A DNA stretch of 42,386 nucleotides from Methanothrix sp. (lineage in GTDB: Archaea > Halobacteriota > Methanosarcinia > Methanotrichales > Methanotrichaceae), in NCBI GenBank assembly GCA_037128175.1, contig JBAXWY010000024.1, forward strand, positions 1 to 42,386, in the 5' to 3' direction. Made by a program: the position numbers and the translations under genes. Positions 1 through 10,978 of the stretch are shown piece after piece. The notes below the pieces were generated by a model that was not told the origin of the DNA, ran no database searches, and saw nothing but the letters and a program-made list of their open reading frames with translations. Every line of letters begins with the position of its first letter. The first letter of the stretch is position 1.

Positions 1-54
1 AATACTATATATACTTTTGCATATTAATAATTGGGCAGGTTTATAGGAATCCTC

Positions 55-981
55 GAGCTTCTAAAAAATGCGTCTCAAGTTGGTACACCAGGTATTGCTA
101 CACCACTTGCCTCTCTAAAATCCATTCATGTGCTATTGCCGCCCCTTAACGAGCAACGTGCCATTGCCCATATCCTCAGCAACTTGGACGACAAGATCGA
201 GCTTAACCACTGCATGAATGAGACTCTGGAGGCCATGACCCGTGCCATTTTCAAGTCTTGGTTCGTGGACTTCGACCCAGTGCGCACGCGGGCGGAGGGC
301 CGGGAGCCTGCGAGCATGGATGCGGAGACAGCGGCGCTTTTTCCCGATAGCTTCGAGGAGACGGAGATGGGGATGGTGCCTAAGGGATGGAAATCCGGAA
401 CTGTAGACGATTTATGCGTTTCAATCGAGAATGGTGGAACTCCAAAACGGATGAAATCAGAATATTGGGATGGCGGAACAATTCAGTGGTTCAAGACGGG
501 AGAACTTACAGATGGGCCTTTAATGGATTCAGAAGAGGCAATTACTGAGAAAGGACTTAGCAGTTCATCGTGTAAACTTTGGAAAAAGGGAACTATTCTC
601 ATTGCACTTTACGCATCACCTACGGTGGGAAGGTTGGGTATATTGGAGATGTCAGGAACCGCTAACCAAGCTTGCAGTGCGTTAATGGCTAGGTCGGAGT
701 TTGGAAATTTATTCTTGTTTTATACACTTCTATTTTCTCGTGAGGAGCTACAAAATATTGCTGTGGGGGCCGCGCAGCAAAATATCAGTCAACAAATAGT
801 TCGGCATCATAACGTATTAATTCCAAGTCCAGAGATTGCATCAGCATTTCAACAAAAAGTAGAAAGATATTATTTAACGCGGGTAAATAATGAAAAGCAA
901 TCTAAAATTATTGCAACAATTCGTGATGCGCTGTTATCAAAGCTTCTGATCGGGGAGATACGAACCGAGGTCCAATCATGA
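55..981 (+). pseudogene. hsdS: Type I restriction-modification specificity subunit, 5'-truncated (end of TRD1, central conserved region, TRD2)
   Basis: HsdS motifs LPPLNEQRAIAHILSNLDDKIELN...FKSWFVDFDPV and GGTPK...YWDGGTIQW. Two in-frame stops (25-30) lie upstream, so most of TRD1 is missing from this frame. Confidence 0.8.
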
Positions 982-1958
982 CAGTGGGACATAACAGACG
1001 CGTAGGCTCAATTAAAACTGAATTGGTTAAGAAATCACGCGAATCGGCTTTAGCTGCAGTCCAAATCTTCAACAACCCAAATATAATGTTTAAATCAGAG
1101 ATATATATAGTTCTAATGATTATTTCGTGGACATATCTATTACATGCATATTACCGAGATAATAAAATAGATTATAGATATTTTGAAGAGAAAAATGGTC
1201 GCAAAAAGTACGACAAAACGAAAAGAGGTGCATTCAAGTATTGGGAACTTGAGAGATGCCTAAATGATAGTATTTGTCCTGTTGACAAGGATACTGCGAA
1301 TAATTTAAGGTTTTTAATCGGTCTGCGCCACGAAATTGAACATCAAATGACTACGCAGATCGATGACTATCTTAGCGCAAGATTCCAAGCATGTTGCCTA
1401 AATTATAATCAATATATTAAACAAATCTTTGGCGAAAAGCAAGGTGTTGATAGGCATTTAGCGCTTAGCCTGCAATTTTCGTCAATATCTGAAGAACAAA
1501 TTGACCAGATGTCAGATCATAAAGACTTGCCGTCTCATATTCAAAAATACGTAGAGGGTTTTGATGGCCAATTAACTGACCAAGAATTCGACAGCCCAAA
1601 ATATGCGTATAGGGTACTTTTCGTAGCAAAAACTGCAAACACCAAGGGCCAAGCAGATAAAGTCATCGAATTTGTAAGAGCAGATTCGCCCCTTGCTGAA
1701 AGCGTAAATGCCCAATATGCTCTTATTAAAGAAACTGAACGGCCGAAGTATTTACCGAGTCAGATCGTGGAAATTATGAAATCCGAAGGGTATTCCAGAT
1801 TCAATATGCATTATCATACTGTGCTCTGGCAGAATGAAGATGCGAGAAATCCCGGAAAAGGATACGGTGTCAAAGTGGCAAACACTTGGTATTGGTATGA
1901 GCGCTGGTTATCATTTGTTAGGAAACATTGTGAGCAGAATCGTGCCGCATATCAGTGA
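978..1958 (+). CDS. DUF3644-family protein with HEPN-like RxxxxH motif
   Basis: N-terminus ELVKKSRESALAAVQIFNNP...ISWTYLLHAYY recalls DUF3644; contains RHEIEH; ATGA overlap with the hsdS stop; AT-rich. Confidence 0.75.
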   Translation: MTVGHNRRVGSIKTELVKKSRESALAAVQIFNNPNIMFKSEIYIVLMIISWTYLLHAYYRDNKIDYRYFEEKNGRKKYDKTKRGAFKYWELERCLNDSICPVDKDTANNLRFLIGLRHEIEHQMTTQIDDYLSARFQACCLNYNQYIKQIFGEKQGVDRHLALSLQFSSISEEQIDQMSDHKDLPSHIQKYVEGFDGQLTDQEFDSPKYAYRVLFVAKTANTKGQADKVIEFVRADSPLAESVNAQYALIKETERPKYLPSQIVEIMKSEGYSRFNMHYHTVLWQNEDARNPGKGYGVKVANTWYWYERWLSFVRKHCEQNRAAYQ

Positions 1959-1983
1959 TTTGAAATAGAAATCCAGGAAAATT

Positions 1984-4900
1984 ATGACCCCATTAACTGA
2001 ATCCCACGTCGAAGAAGCCACTCTCTCTTGGCTCTTATCCCTCGGCTACGCCTCCATCTTCGGTCCCGACATCGCTCCCTGCGAGCCCGCTTCCGAGCGC
2101 GAGTCCTTCCAGGAGGTACTCCTTACTCGCCGCCTCCATGATGCCCTCCGCCGTCTTAATCCCTCTATCCCAGCCGAAGTCCTGGAAGAAGTCCTTCGCA
2201 AAGTCACCCACACAGAGTCCCCATCGCTCCTGGCCAACAATCGTGCTTTCCACCACATGCTCATCGACGGCGTATCCGTGGAATACCAGCGCAAGGACGG
2301 CTCCATTGCTGGCGACCACGCTCGTTTGGTGGACTTCGTGAACCCAGAGAACAACGAGTTCCTGGCCGTCAACCAGTTCACTGTCATAGAGGGCCAGAAC
2401 CGGCGCCCTGACATCGTGATCTTCGTAAACGGCCTGCCCCTGGCGGTAATCGAGCTTAAGAATCCTGCTGATGAGAACGCCACCATCCAAACCGCCTTCC
2501 AGCAGCTACAGACCTACAAGAATGACATTCCCTCTCTCTTCACCTATAACGAGATGCTCGTGATCTCCGACGGCCTGGAGGCCAGAGCGGGAACGCTGAC
2601 CTCAGACTGGTCCCGGTTCATGCCCTGGAGGACCATCGATGGAGAGGAGATTGCGCCTAAGGGCAAACCGGAGATGGACGTCCTCATCAAAGGCATCTTC
2701 GAAAAGAACCGCTTCTTAGATCTCATAAAATACTTCATCGTCTTCGAGTCTGATGGCGATAAGATGGTCAAGAAGATGGCCGCCTACCACCAGTACCACG
2801 CCGTGAACAAAGCTGTGGATTGCACCGTAAAGGCTACCTCTCTCGGAGGAGACCGCAAGGCAGGTGTGATCTGGCATACTCAAGGCAGTGGCAAGAGCCT
2901 ATCCATGGCTTTCTACGCCGGCAAGATCATCGTCCATCCTGCCATGCAAAATCCCACGCTGGTAGTCCTCAACGACCGGAACGACCTGGACGACCAGCTC
3001 TTCGACACCTTCGCCGCCTGCCAGGACCTGCTCCACCAGGCCCCTGTCCAGGCCGAGGACCGGGAGAGCCTAAAGACGCTCCTCCAAGTGGCCTCAGGTG
3101 GCGTGATCTTCACCACCATCCAGAAGTTCTCGCCTGAGGATGATACCGAGAAGTATCCTCTCCTCTCTGACCGTCGCAACATCGTCTTCATCGCCGACGA
3201 GGCCCACCGCAGCCAATACGGCTTTAAAGCCCACACCGTCAAGAGGAAAGAGGGCGCCTACATCGCCTACGGCTTCGCAAAGTACCTGCGGGATGCTCTA
3301 CCCAACGCCTCCTTCATAGGCTTCACAGGCACGCCCATAGAGAAAACAGATAAAAGCACACCTCACGTCTTCGGCAACTACATCGACATCTACGACATCC
3401 AGAGGGCCGTAGAAGATGGTGCCACCGTGCGCATCTACTACGAGGCCAGGCTGGCCAAGCTCGATCTATCCGAGGCTGAGAGGCCTAAGATCGATCCCAA
3501 CTTCGAAGAGGTCACAGAGGGCGAAGAAGAAGCGATCAAGGAGCGCCTCAAGAGCAGATGGGCCAGGCTGGAGGCCGTGGCCGGTGCGGACGGGCGTGTC
3601 TCCCTCATCGCCGAAGATATTGTCCAGCACTTTGAGAAGCGCCTGGAGGCCCTCGATGGCAAAGCTATGATAGTTTGCATGAGCCGTCGCATCTGCGCCC
3701 AGATGTACGAGTCCATTGTCAAACTCCGGCCGCAGTGGCATGATCCTGACGACGAGAAGGGCGTAATAAAAGTGGTCATAACCGGCTCTGCCTCGGATAA
3801 AGCGAACCTTCAGCCCCATATCAGGAACAAGAAGAGGAGAAAGGACCTGTCTGATCGTTTCAAGGACCCCAATGATCCTCTCAAGCTCGTAATAGTAAGA
3901 GACATGTGGCTTACCGGCTTCGATGCTCCCTGCCTTCACACCATGTATATTGACAAGTTCATGCAGGGCCACGGCCTGATGCAGGCTATCGCCCGCGTGA
4001 ACCGTGTTTTCAAGGACAAGCCTGGTGGCCTTATCGTAGATTATCTGGGCATAGCCGAGAGCTTGAAGCGTGCCCTGGCCGAATACACCGAGGGCGACCG
4101 AGGAGAGACCGGCATCCCCACGGAAGAGATTGTGGCTCTCATGCTGGAGAAGTACGAGGTCGTTCAGGCCATGTTCCACGGCTTTGATACTTCCAAGTTC
4201 TTCCAGGGCACACCCGAGCAACGCCTGGCAGCGATTGCCGAGGCCATGGAGCACATTCTATCTCTGGAGGACGGCAAGAACCGCTATATTCAAGCTGTCA
4301 CCGAGTTATCCAAGTCCTACGCCATAGTAGTAACCCACGAAAAAGCCATGGAGATCCGTGAGAAGGTCGCCTTCTATCAGGCGGTCCGCTCTGGTCTATC
4401 AAAGGCCACATCACCCGATGGCAGGACAAAAGATGATTTGGATGTCGCTATAAGGCAGATCGTCTCCAATGCCATCGTGCCCAATGGCATCGTGGACATC
4501 TACAAGGCGGCTGGCATCAAGACCCCGGATATCTCCATTCTCTCCGAGGAGTTCCTGGAGGAGATCCGAGGTCTGCCTCACAGGAATCTGGCCCTGGAGC
4601 TCTTGAGGAAGCTGCTCAATGACGAGATCAAGACTGTATCTCACAGGAACCTGGTTCAGTCGAGATCCTTTGCCCAGATGCTCGATCAGTCGATCAACAA
4701 GTATCACAATCGCTCCATTGAGGCAGCCCAGGTCATCGAAGAACTGATCAAGTTAGCCAAGGAGATGAAAGAAGCCCACAAACGCGGAGACGATCTCGGC
4801 CTCAGTGAGGATGAGCTGGCTTTTTACGATGCCCTGGAGGTCAACGACAGCGCGGTAAAGGTGCTTGGTGACGAAACCCTGCAGATGATTGCCAAAGAAC

Positions 4901-5085
4901 TGGTTGAAGCTGTCCGGAAAAATGCGACCATCGACTGGACGGTAAAAGAGTCGGCCAGGGCCAAGCTGCGGGTCATAGTCAGGCGGCTGCTGCGCAAGCA
5001 CGGCTACCCGCCGGATAAACAAGAGAAGGCGACGCAGACAGTGCTGGAGCAGGCGGAGCTGCTGTGCAAGGAGTGGGCGTGCTAG
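1984..5085 (+). CDS. hsdR: Type I restriction endonuclease subunit R
   Basis: Nuclease motif [20 protein letters not shown], Walker [13 protein letters not shown] box, [20 protein letters not shown]; 1033 aa. Confidence 0.97.
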   Translation: MTPLTESHVEEATLSWLLSLGYASIFGPDIAPCEPASERESFQEVLLTRRLHDALRRLNPSIPAEVLEEVLRKVTHTESPSLLANNRAFHHMLIDGVSVEYQRKDGSIAGDHARLVDFVNPENNEFLAVNQFTVIEGQNRRPDIVIFVNGLPLAVIELKNPADENATIQTAFQQLQTYKNDIPSLFTYNEMLVISDGLEARAGTLTSDWSRFMPWRTIDGEEIAPKGKPEMDVLIKGIFEKNRFLDLIKYFIVFESDGDKMVKKMAAYHQYHAVNKAVDCTVKATSLGGDRKAGVIWHTQGSGKSLSMAFYAGKIIVHPAMQNPTLVVLNDRNDLDDQLFDTFAACQDLLHQAPVQAEDRESLKTLLQVASGGVIFTTIQKFSPEDDTEKYPLLSDRRNIVFIADEAHRSQYGFKAHTVKRKEGAYIAYGFAKYLRDALPNASFIGFTGTPIEKTDKSTPHVFGNYIDIYDIQRAVEDGATVRIYYEARLAKLDLSEAERPKIDPNFEEVTEGEEEAIKERLKSRWARLEAVAGADGRVSLIAEDIVQHFEKRLEALDGKAMIVCMSRRICAQMYESIVKLRPQWHDPDDEKGVIKVVITGSASDKANLQPHIRNKKRRKDLSDRFKDPNDPLKLVIVRDMWLTGFDAPCLHTMYIDKFMQGHGLMQAIARVNRVFKDKPGGLIVDYLGIAESLKRALAEYTEGDRGETGIPTEEIVALMLEKYEVVQAMFHGFDTSKFFQGTPEQRLAAIAEAMEHILSLEDGKNRYIQAVTELSKSYAIVVTHEKAMEIREKVAFYQAVRSGLSKATSPDGRTKDDLDVAIRQIVSNAIVPNGIVDIYKAAGIKTPDISILSEEFLEEIRGLPHRNLALELLRKLLNDEIKTVSHRNLVQSRSFAQMLDQSINKYHNRSIEAAQVIEELIKLAKEMKEAHKRGDDLGLSEDELAFYDALEVNDSAVKVLGDETLQMIAKELVEAVRKNATIDWTVKESARAKLRVIVRRLLRKHGYPPDKQEKATQTVLEQAELLCKEWAC

Positions 5086-5133
5086 GATTTTCGAATGCAC
5101 CGAGATAGTAGAAACTCTCTATTACCTCTAACT

Positions 5134-5643
5134 CTAAGTTACTCCTCTTTTTCGCAATGAATCAACTATAGCATCTTCGGCGGCTAGATTAAGCCGGAAA
5201 ACTGTTGATGGCAGATTAATGCTTTTTAGGGTCTCATCATCGAGTTCACTGCGAGGCAGATCCTTATCGAGCCATTTGACCCTTCTTGTTTGATACAATG
5301 CAATATTATCTTTCAGGGACTTGAGGTCAGATCTATATTCATAAGATAATGCTCGTCCAACTGCAATGGTTCGTGTCGTCTTGAGAGTTTCCTTTCGAGG
5401 AAGGATTACAAAATCTCCATTTTCAATTCTATGCACGAAAGAATAGAGTTGGCCCACACTATTGTGAAGACGACCTTCTGAAGCAAATGGCTCTTCTTCT
5501 TTTGCGTAAATGTATAGCTGTTTCTTGTCTGTAACCCTGCTGAGATCATGTGGTATGATCCATCTTATGCATACAAGATCCTTGTCTAAAGCCAGTTGTT
5601 CATCTTCTCCATTTCTACCAGCGCGAACCACCCATGCAGCCAT
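5134..5643 (-). CDS. Protein resembling the N-terminal domain of Mrr-like restriction proteins (no nuclease domain)
   Basis: MAAWVVRAGRNGE...VCIRW...GQLYSFVHRIENGDFVILP...RRVKWL...STVF pattern; start reassigned to the ATG at 5643. Confidence 0.65.
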   Translation of the reverse strand: MAAWVVRAGRNGEDEQLALDKDLVCIRWIIPHDLSRVTDKKQLYIYAKEEEPFASEGRLHNSVGQLYSFVHRIENGDFVILPRKETLKTTRTIAVGRALSYEYRSDLKSLKDNIALYQTRRVKWLDKDLPRSELDDETLKSINLPSTVFRLNLAAEDAIVDSLRKRGVT

Positions 5644-5775
5644 GATCTTATGCTTTAAATTGTAGGTAATTAACTTTAACTCTCCTCTTTTTGATGAAAT
5701 GATCATCAGCCACTACAGGGTTTCGGGTTTCGTCGCCGCCTTTGACCAGAGTTGACAAACTTGATGGATTCGACT

Positions 5776-6525
5776 CTATTTACGACATCCCATCTCCTCC
5801 TCTCCTCCCAGCCTCTCCGCCATCCCCCACTCCTCGCCCAGATCCACCCCGATATCCATCCCCGGCTCGATCCTCTTGAATCCCGCATACATGATGCAGA
5901 TGAGTTGCAGCGCCGAGAAGACCTTCCCAGGCAGCGCCCGCAGAACATGCGTCTCCTGGGGATCATTGATGTCCAGTCCGTACTTGCCCAGCATGCCGAT
6001 CTCGAAGGTGATCTCCTGAATCTCCTGCAGCGACTTCCCGCGAAACAGCCGCATAGCGTCCAGCAGATAGAAGACCGCATCCATGCGTGGTCCACGGGCC
6101 TTGAGCTCTCGGGCCGCAATCCTTCGCAGTCCATCTCTGGCCAGAACGCGCAGCTCCTCGGGTGCCTCCATCCCCAGTACCTTCTGGAAATGCTTCTGGG
6201 CCGGCTCCATATCTCCCAGCTCCATGTAGGCGAAGGCCAGGCCGTACACGGTCTGCGGGTCCTGGGGATCGCACTCGTTGGAGCGGCGCAGATAGTAGAG
6301 AGCCCGCAGGCTGTCGCCCTCCTTGCCGAGGATGGCGCCCAGGTTCTTGAGGGCCACGGGATTCCTGGGATCGGCGGCCAGGGCCTGCATGGTGTACTCC
6401 TTGGCCCGCGGCAGGTCGCCCGCCCTCTGGTAGCCGAGCGCCAGGGCCACGCAGGCGTGCGAGTGGCCGGGGACGAGCTGAAGGCAGCGGTGCAGCAGCT
6501 CTCGCCCCTGATCGAGCTGGCCGAC
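5776..6525 (-). pseudogene. TPR-repeat protein, probably 5'-truncated
   Basis: TPR motifs (ALAADPRNPVALKNLGAIL; DPQDPQTVYGLAFAYMELG) in a GC-rich segment; the first ~60 aa of ORF 5776..6705 do not look like coding sequence. Confidence 0.6.
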
Positions 6526-7031
6526 CGGGTGATTCGCATCTATGGTGAACAGACAAAGAGTCGCGCGAAAGCGGCGGCAAAGATGCCGGGAGCCAGGGAA
6601 CGCTGCAGGCTTTCTCCTGTGGCTGGAGGTTCTGCCTGGTGAATAGCTTATCGGTTGAAGATTATAGTGCTGCACCAAAAGATTAAAACAAATTAACGAT
6701 ATCAAGAGGTCGACATCTTGGCTTAGTAAATATCATTCGTTTGGTTCGGAACTATAAAAAGCGCAAGAATAAATCTACCGGTAAAATACAGTGATATCTT
6801 GAATTCTCGGTCGTAGCGCCGCCTCGTCTTTTTCATATACTCCCCTCCATGAGTTGATGTTGCTTAACTCATTGTCCACTCGGAGGGGTTCACTCCAGTT
6901 CCCTCCATAAATCGTTATAAGAAAGAAACAGTTTAATCGAGAAGGTTAATTATGTCCTCCAAACCCATTACGTTAACTAGATGAGAAATTAATTGGGATA
7001 GGCAAATAAGAAGGTTGTAGGAGGACTACAA

Positions 7032-7307
7032 TTGGGGCAATTAGGAAAGAGCGAGATCGAGAAAGTTAAGATCCTTGTCACAATATTGCCGAGTGGTAAG
7101 TCTTATTATGTTGGCATCCCAACAAATTGGACAGTAGAGAAATTTTTAATAGGATTTAAGAGAAAGATAAACAAGAACGATGAAGCACCTATGTTGGCAA
7201 CTCTCAAAAGAGACGGAAAGGAACTTGATCCCACATCAACTTTTAGAGGAGAAGGGATCATAGATGGTGATGTAATATTACTTCGTGAACATGTAGTGGG
7301 TGGATGA
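7032..7307 (+). CDS. Ubiquitin-like (beta-grasp, YukD/EsaB-like) protein with C-terminal Gly-Gly
   Basis: GGAGG just upstream of a TTG start; ILVTILPSGKSYYVGIP..WTVEKF...GKELDPTSTFRGEGIIDGDVILLREHVVGG*. Confidence 0.75.
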   Translation: MGQLGKSEIEKVKILVTILPSGKSYYVGIPTNWTVEKFLIGFKRKINKNDEAPMLATLKRDGKELDPTSTFRGEGIIDGDVILLREHVVGG

Positions 7308-7392
7308 AGGCATGACATATTCGGTCGATCGCTGAAAAGATCGATCCTAATGGGCCAACCTTTTAGTATTACCCATAAAGATGATGTTTCTC

Positions 7393-10182
7393 TCAACTAT
7401 GAACTAAGCTTAGTATAGAGATTATCCCGCCAATTATGGATGATATATTGGCTACGTTCTCGAATACTTTCTCGTGGGGTGACGTATCGAGTTTTCTTAG
7501 ATCGCTCAATATCCGTTCGGTTCTTTTATCAGCTATCCTTTCTAAAAGGTGTTCAAGATCTTCTACGATCCGCGGTGTCTCCTTTATCAGATCTCGAACT
7601 ATCTCTTGCTGGGAGAGTTGAAGTTCATCTAGTTTTAGACCTAGACGATCCATATCTTCCCTTATGCCTTTTACCTTATCTAGCTCCCATTGCAATGATC
7701 TTAAACTATTAGTGGCATCTGCATAATTAATCTTAAGCTTAAGGATATTAATATCAATGGCGCTAAGTCGGGATATAACTTGTACCCTTAGGTAATCATT
7801 CTCTTGCTTATATCGTTCCATAGTGACGGAGCAGTAGGCTATAGCCCTTAAGTATAAGGAAACTTTTTCTTCAATAGGAAGTAGCTCCCAATTATTGAGA
7901 TGACATAAGGAATCCTTACTTCCTTTGGGCAAGTAATTGCACATGGCTCGTATATCTGAGATTGAATTAATCAGCGCATATTCTGCATCTATATGATTTT
8001 TCTTGGTTGAGAGACCCCTTGCGTTTTCTTCAATTCGGATTGCCAGGTTTTCAAAGGGCGTATCCTGTGAGACCTCTCGCAAATGCGAAGTTTCTTTCTC
8101 AATACCTTGAAGCGTTTCTTTCATCATTTGGCTAAGAATAGGATATCCTCTATATATTATTTTAGCGAATATTGGATTTGTCTCCTTAGTTCTGATAAGA
8201 AGGAGATCTGCCATATCGCAGTGCTCCTTCCAAGACCTCAAATAGAGCTGTTTTTCTTCTCTTGATGCCTCGATATACTTTTGCGATTTTAAGAAAGCTT
8301 GGGCAAGGTTTTCGATTATTGTTAGCAATTTTTCTCTGTTCTCTGAGTAATCCATTTCGTTTCTCGCCTTTTGCAGATAATTTTCAATGCTATCTTCAGC
8401 CCTTTGGGAAAAGATCAAACAGCTATAAGCTCCATAGAGAGAGTAACAGAGACTTGCAGGATTGTGATATAACGGTTCCTTTAATGCCAATTCAAACCAT
8501 TCTATCGCTTTTTTCAGTTCCGCGTGGAATTCCTCATCCGTTATCGTTTCTGATGCTTTTATAATCGAAACTTTACCTAGAGAGTGATAAGCGTAGGCTC
8601 TCACATTTGGGGATGGATCTTGAGTTAGCTTTAGTAGTTCATCTAGAGCTTGCACTTTATCTGTGAGAAGTGGGAATGCTTGACCTATGACCCGTGTAGT
8701 GCGTGCTCTTACCCATTGGTCTTTGTCCTTTGCCAGTCTAATAAGTTCGTTAGAAGCTCGTACTTTATCCGGCAAGTATTGGAATGCCTGGTCTAAGGCC
8801 TTTACGGCACTCCTTCTTACCCACGGATCTTGATCATTAGCTAGATTTACCAATTCATTAAAAGCTTGCATTTTATCTGGTAGATATTGGAATGATATGC
8901 CTAAGGCTTCAACGGCGCGCTCTCTTACCAACTTTTCCGAATCCTTAGCCAGTTGGATTAATTTATCAGAAGCTTGTATGTTATTCGTAAGGTATTGGAT
9001 TACTTGCCCTAAGGACCATGCAGCGCTCCATCTTATCCATTTATCTCTATCCTCAGATAGACTGATGAGTTCATTAATAGCCTGTAATTTACCTATGAAA
9101 TATTGGAATGCTCGACCTAAGGCCAATGCAGCACTTTCTCTTACTGATTGATCCGGATCCTTAGCTAACCTAATTAGTTCATTAGATGCTTGTGTTTTAT
9201 CCGTAAGATGTTGGAACGCTAGACCCAAGGCCAATGTAGCACTTCCTCTCACTGATTGATCTTGATCATTAGCCAATCCAATCAATTTATCCGATGCTTG
9301 TAACTTATCTGTGATAAGTGGGAAAGCTCTACCTAATGCCTCAGCTGCACTTCTCCTTACCGATTGGTCCTGATCCTCGGCTAGTAATATTAATTCGCTA
9401 GAAGCTTGTACTTTATTCGTGAGGAGTGGAAATGTTAGTCCCAAGGCCAATGCAGCGCTTACCTTAACCCATTTATATTGATCTTTCGCTAGCCTGATTA
9501 GTTCGCCAGAAGCTCTTATTTTATTCGGTATAAATTGGAATGCTTTACCCAGTGCTTCACAAGCATTTTCTCTTACTGATGGGTTCTGATCATTCCCTAA
9601 CTCAATCAGTTCATCAAAAGCTCGTAATTTATCCGTAAGGTATTGGAATGCTAGGCTCAAGGCCAATGCAGCACTTTCTCTTACTGATTGATCCGGATCC
9701 TTAGCTAACCTAATTAGTTCATTAGATGCTTGTGTTTTATCCGTAAGATGTTGGAACGCTAGACCCAAGGCCAATGTAGCACTTCCTCTCACGGATTGAT
9801 CTTGATCATTAGCCAATCCAATCAATTTATCCGAAGCTTGTAACTTATCTGTGATAAGTGGGAAAGCTCTACCTAACGCCTCAGCTGCACTTCTCCTTAC
9901 CGATTGGTCCTGATCCGCGGCTAGTAATATTAATTCGCTAGAAGCTTGTACTTTATTCGGTAAAAATTGGAATGTTTTGCCCAATGTTTCACAAGCATTT
10001 TCTCTTACTGATGGGTCCTGATTCTCCGCCAGTATAAAAAGGTCCGATTGAGCGTTAGATTGATCTCCTGGTTCGGCAAAAAGTGTATCGATTTGTGTAG
10101 CCAAGTTTCCATATTCGATAGGAAGCTTATTTAGAGATCTGCGGTGAAGGTCGCCCTGAAACATTGAGATTCCTCCCTTCAT
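7393..10182 (-). CDS. HEAT-repeat protein (about 13-14 tandem 36-aa repeats) with helical/coiled-coil C-terminus
   Basis: Repeat DQDxxVRxxAAxALGxAFxxLxDKxQAxxELIxLA; hydrophobic terminal helix. Confidence 0.9.
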   Translation of the reverse strand: MKGGISMFQGDLHRRSLNKLPIEYGNLATQIDTLFAEPGDQSNAQSDLFILAENQDPSVRENACETLGKTFQFLPNKVQASSELILLAADQDQSVRRSAAEALGRAFPLITDKLQASDKLIGLANDQDQSVRGSATLALGLAFQHLTDKTQASNELIRLAKDPDQSVRESAALALSLAFQYLTDKLRAFDELIELGNDQNPSVRENACEALGKAFQFIPNKIRASGELIRLAKDQYKWVKVSAALALGLTFPLLTNKVQASSELILLAEDQDQSVRRSAAEALGRAFPLITDKLQASDKLIGLANDQDQSVRGSATLALGLAFQHLTDKTQASNELIRLAKDPDQSVRESAALALGRAFQYFIGKLQAINELISLSEDRDKWIRWSAAWSLGQVIQYLTNNIQASDKLIQLAKDSEKLVRERAVEALGISFQYLPDKMQAFNELVNLANDQDPWVRRSAVKALDQAFQYLPDKVRASNELIRLAKDKDQWVRARTTRVIGQAFPLLTDKVQALDELLKLTQDPSPNVRAYAYHSLGKVSIIKASETITDEEFHAELKKAIEWFELALKEPLYHNPASLCYSLYGAYSCLIFSQRAEDSIENYLQKARNEMDYSENREKLLTIIENLAQAFLKSQKYIEASREEKQLYLRSWKEHCDMADLLLIRTKETNPIFAKIIYRGYPILSQMMKETLQGIEKETSHLREVSQDTPFENLAIRIEENARGLSTKKNHIDAEYALINSISDIRAMCNYLPKGSKDSLCHLNNWELLPIEEKVSLYLRAIAYCSVTMERYKQENDYLRVQVISRLSAIDINILKLKINYADATNSLRSLQWELDKVKGIREDMDRLGLKLDELQLSQQEIVRDLIKETPRIVEDLEHLLERIADKRTERILSDLRKLDTSPHEKVFENVANISSIIGGIISILSLVHS
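9119..9959. repeat. Near-identical ~300-bp internal duplication (9119-9419 and 9659-9959)
   Basis: Offset 540 bp = 5 x 36 codons; about 4 mismatches counted by eye. Confidence 0.9.
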
Positions 10183-10375
10183 GAGCCCATTGTACCTTAA
10201 AGAAAGCTATGGCAAATTGGGTTAATCTATTTTTCTGTAATTGAAGAGTGGAACTGGCTCATCCTCAGTTCTTAGCTATATACTAAATAGTGGCAAATGA
10301 CCCCTATATCCCTTACTTTATTGATTTCTTTGAATATCATCCGTTCTATCCCTTCTTCATCTCAGCCAGGTCCTC

Positions 10376-10743
10376 AACTCCCGCATCCTCTGCCGGCTGA
10401 ACCGCAACTTCACAGAGCTGGAAGTGCGCCGCGCCTTTACTGTCTTCCAGCTCATGACCATCCTGGAGGAGAACCACCACAGCTTCCTGATCGTGGAGCA
10501 TGATCCCTTGCTCTACGAGGATGCCGGAGAAATGGTGGAGTACCAGGGCCCTCGGCCCTCAGGCAGACCTCCAGGGAGGCCACCATCCTGCTCTACGCGC
10601 CGGCGCTGGACCCTCACTTGCAGAAGCTGACCGAGCTGGCCGACCGGGTGTTCTGCATCTATGGCGAGCAGGCTCCGGCAAAAAGCAGGAAGATCGAGGC
10701 GAAGACGCCGGGAGAGCAGAGGACGCTGGAGGCGTACTCATGA
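10376..10743 (+). pseudogene. Inactivated RadA-like ATPase of the type associated with PolB2; 5'-truncated and frameshifted
   Basis: SRILCRLNRNFTELEVRRAFTVFQLMTILEE...LLYED, then a frame change near 10545 to ALRQTSREATILLYAPALDPHLQKLTELADRVF. Confidence 0.6.
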
Positions 10744-10976
10744 GGTGGCCTTGGAGGCGCGAGGCCAGGCCGGTCGAGCCCAGGCGGACGGTCAACATCA
10801 GGCGTATGGAGCTGGAGACAGCCAAGGAGATCCTGGCGGAGGTCTTCCACGCCCGGCCCGGCGAGGTGGAAGAGATGATACAGAGGAGGCTGGAGGAGAG
10901 CGAGCCAGGTGAGAATATCTGGCCGGAGGAGCGCGAGGTGGGGCGGTGGCCGGCGACGTTCTGTGTGGAGGAGTAG
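10740..10976 (+). CDS. Small hypothetical protein (MRWPWRR...)
   Basis: ATGA overlap with the upstream stop; GC-rich codon usage; tightly linked to the next gene. Confidence 0.6.
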   Translation: MRWPWRREARPVEPRRTVNIRRMELETAKEILAEVFHARPGEVEEMIQRRLEESEPGENIWPEEREVGRWPATFCVEE

Positions 10977-10978
10977 AT

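Noticed and set aside
2035-5100. Many antisense or overlapping ORFs within hsdR
   Set aside because: Expected by-product of biased codon usage.
5706-6642. Long alternative ORFs (5706..6539, 5752..6642, 5963..6580)
   Set aside because: Shadow frames of the GC-rich TPR gene with no recognisable motifs.
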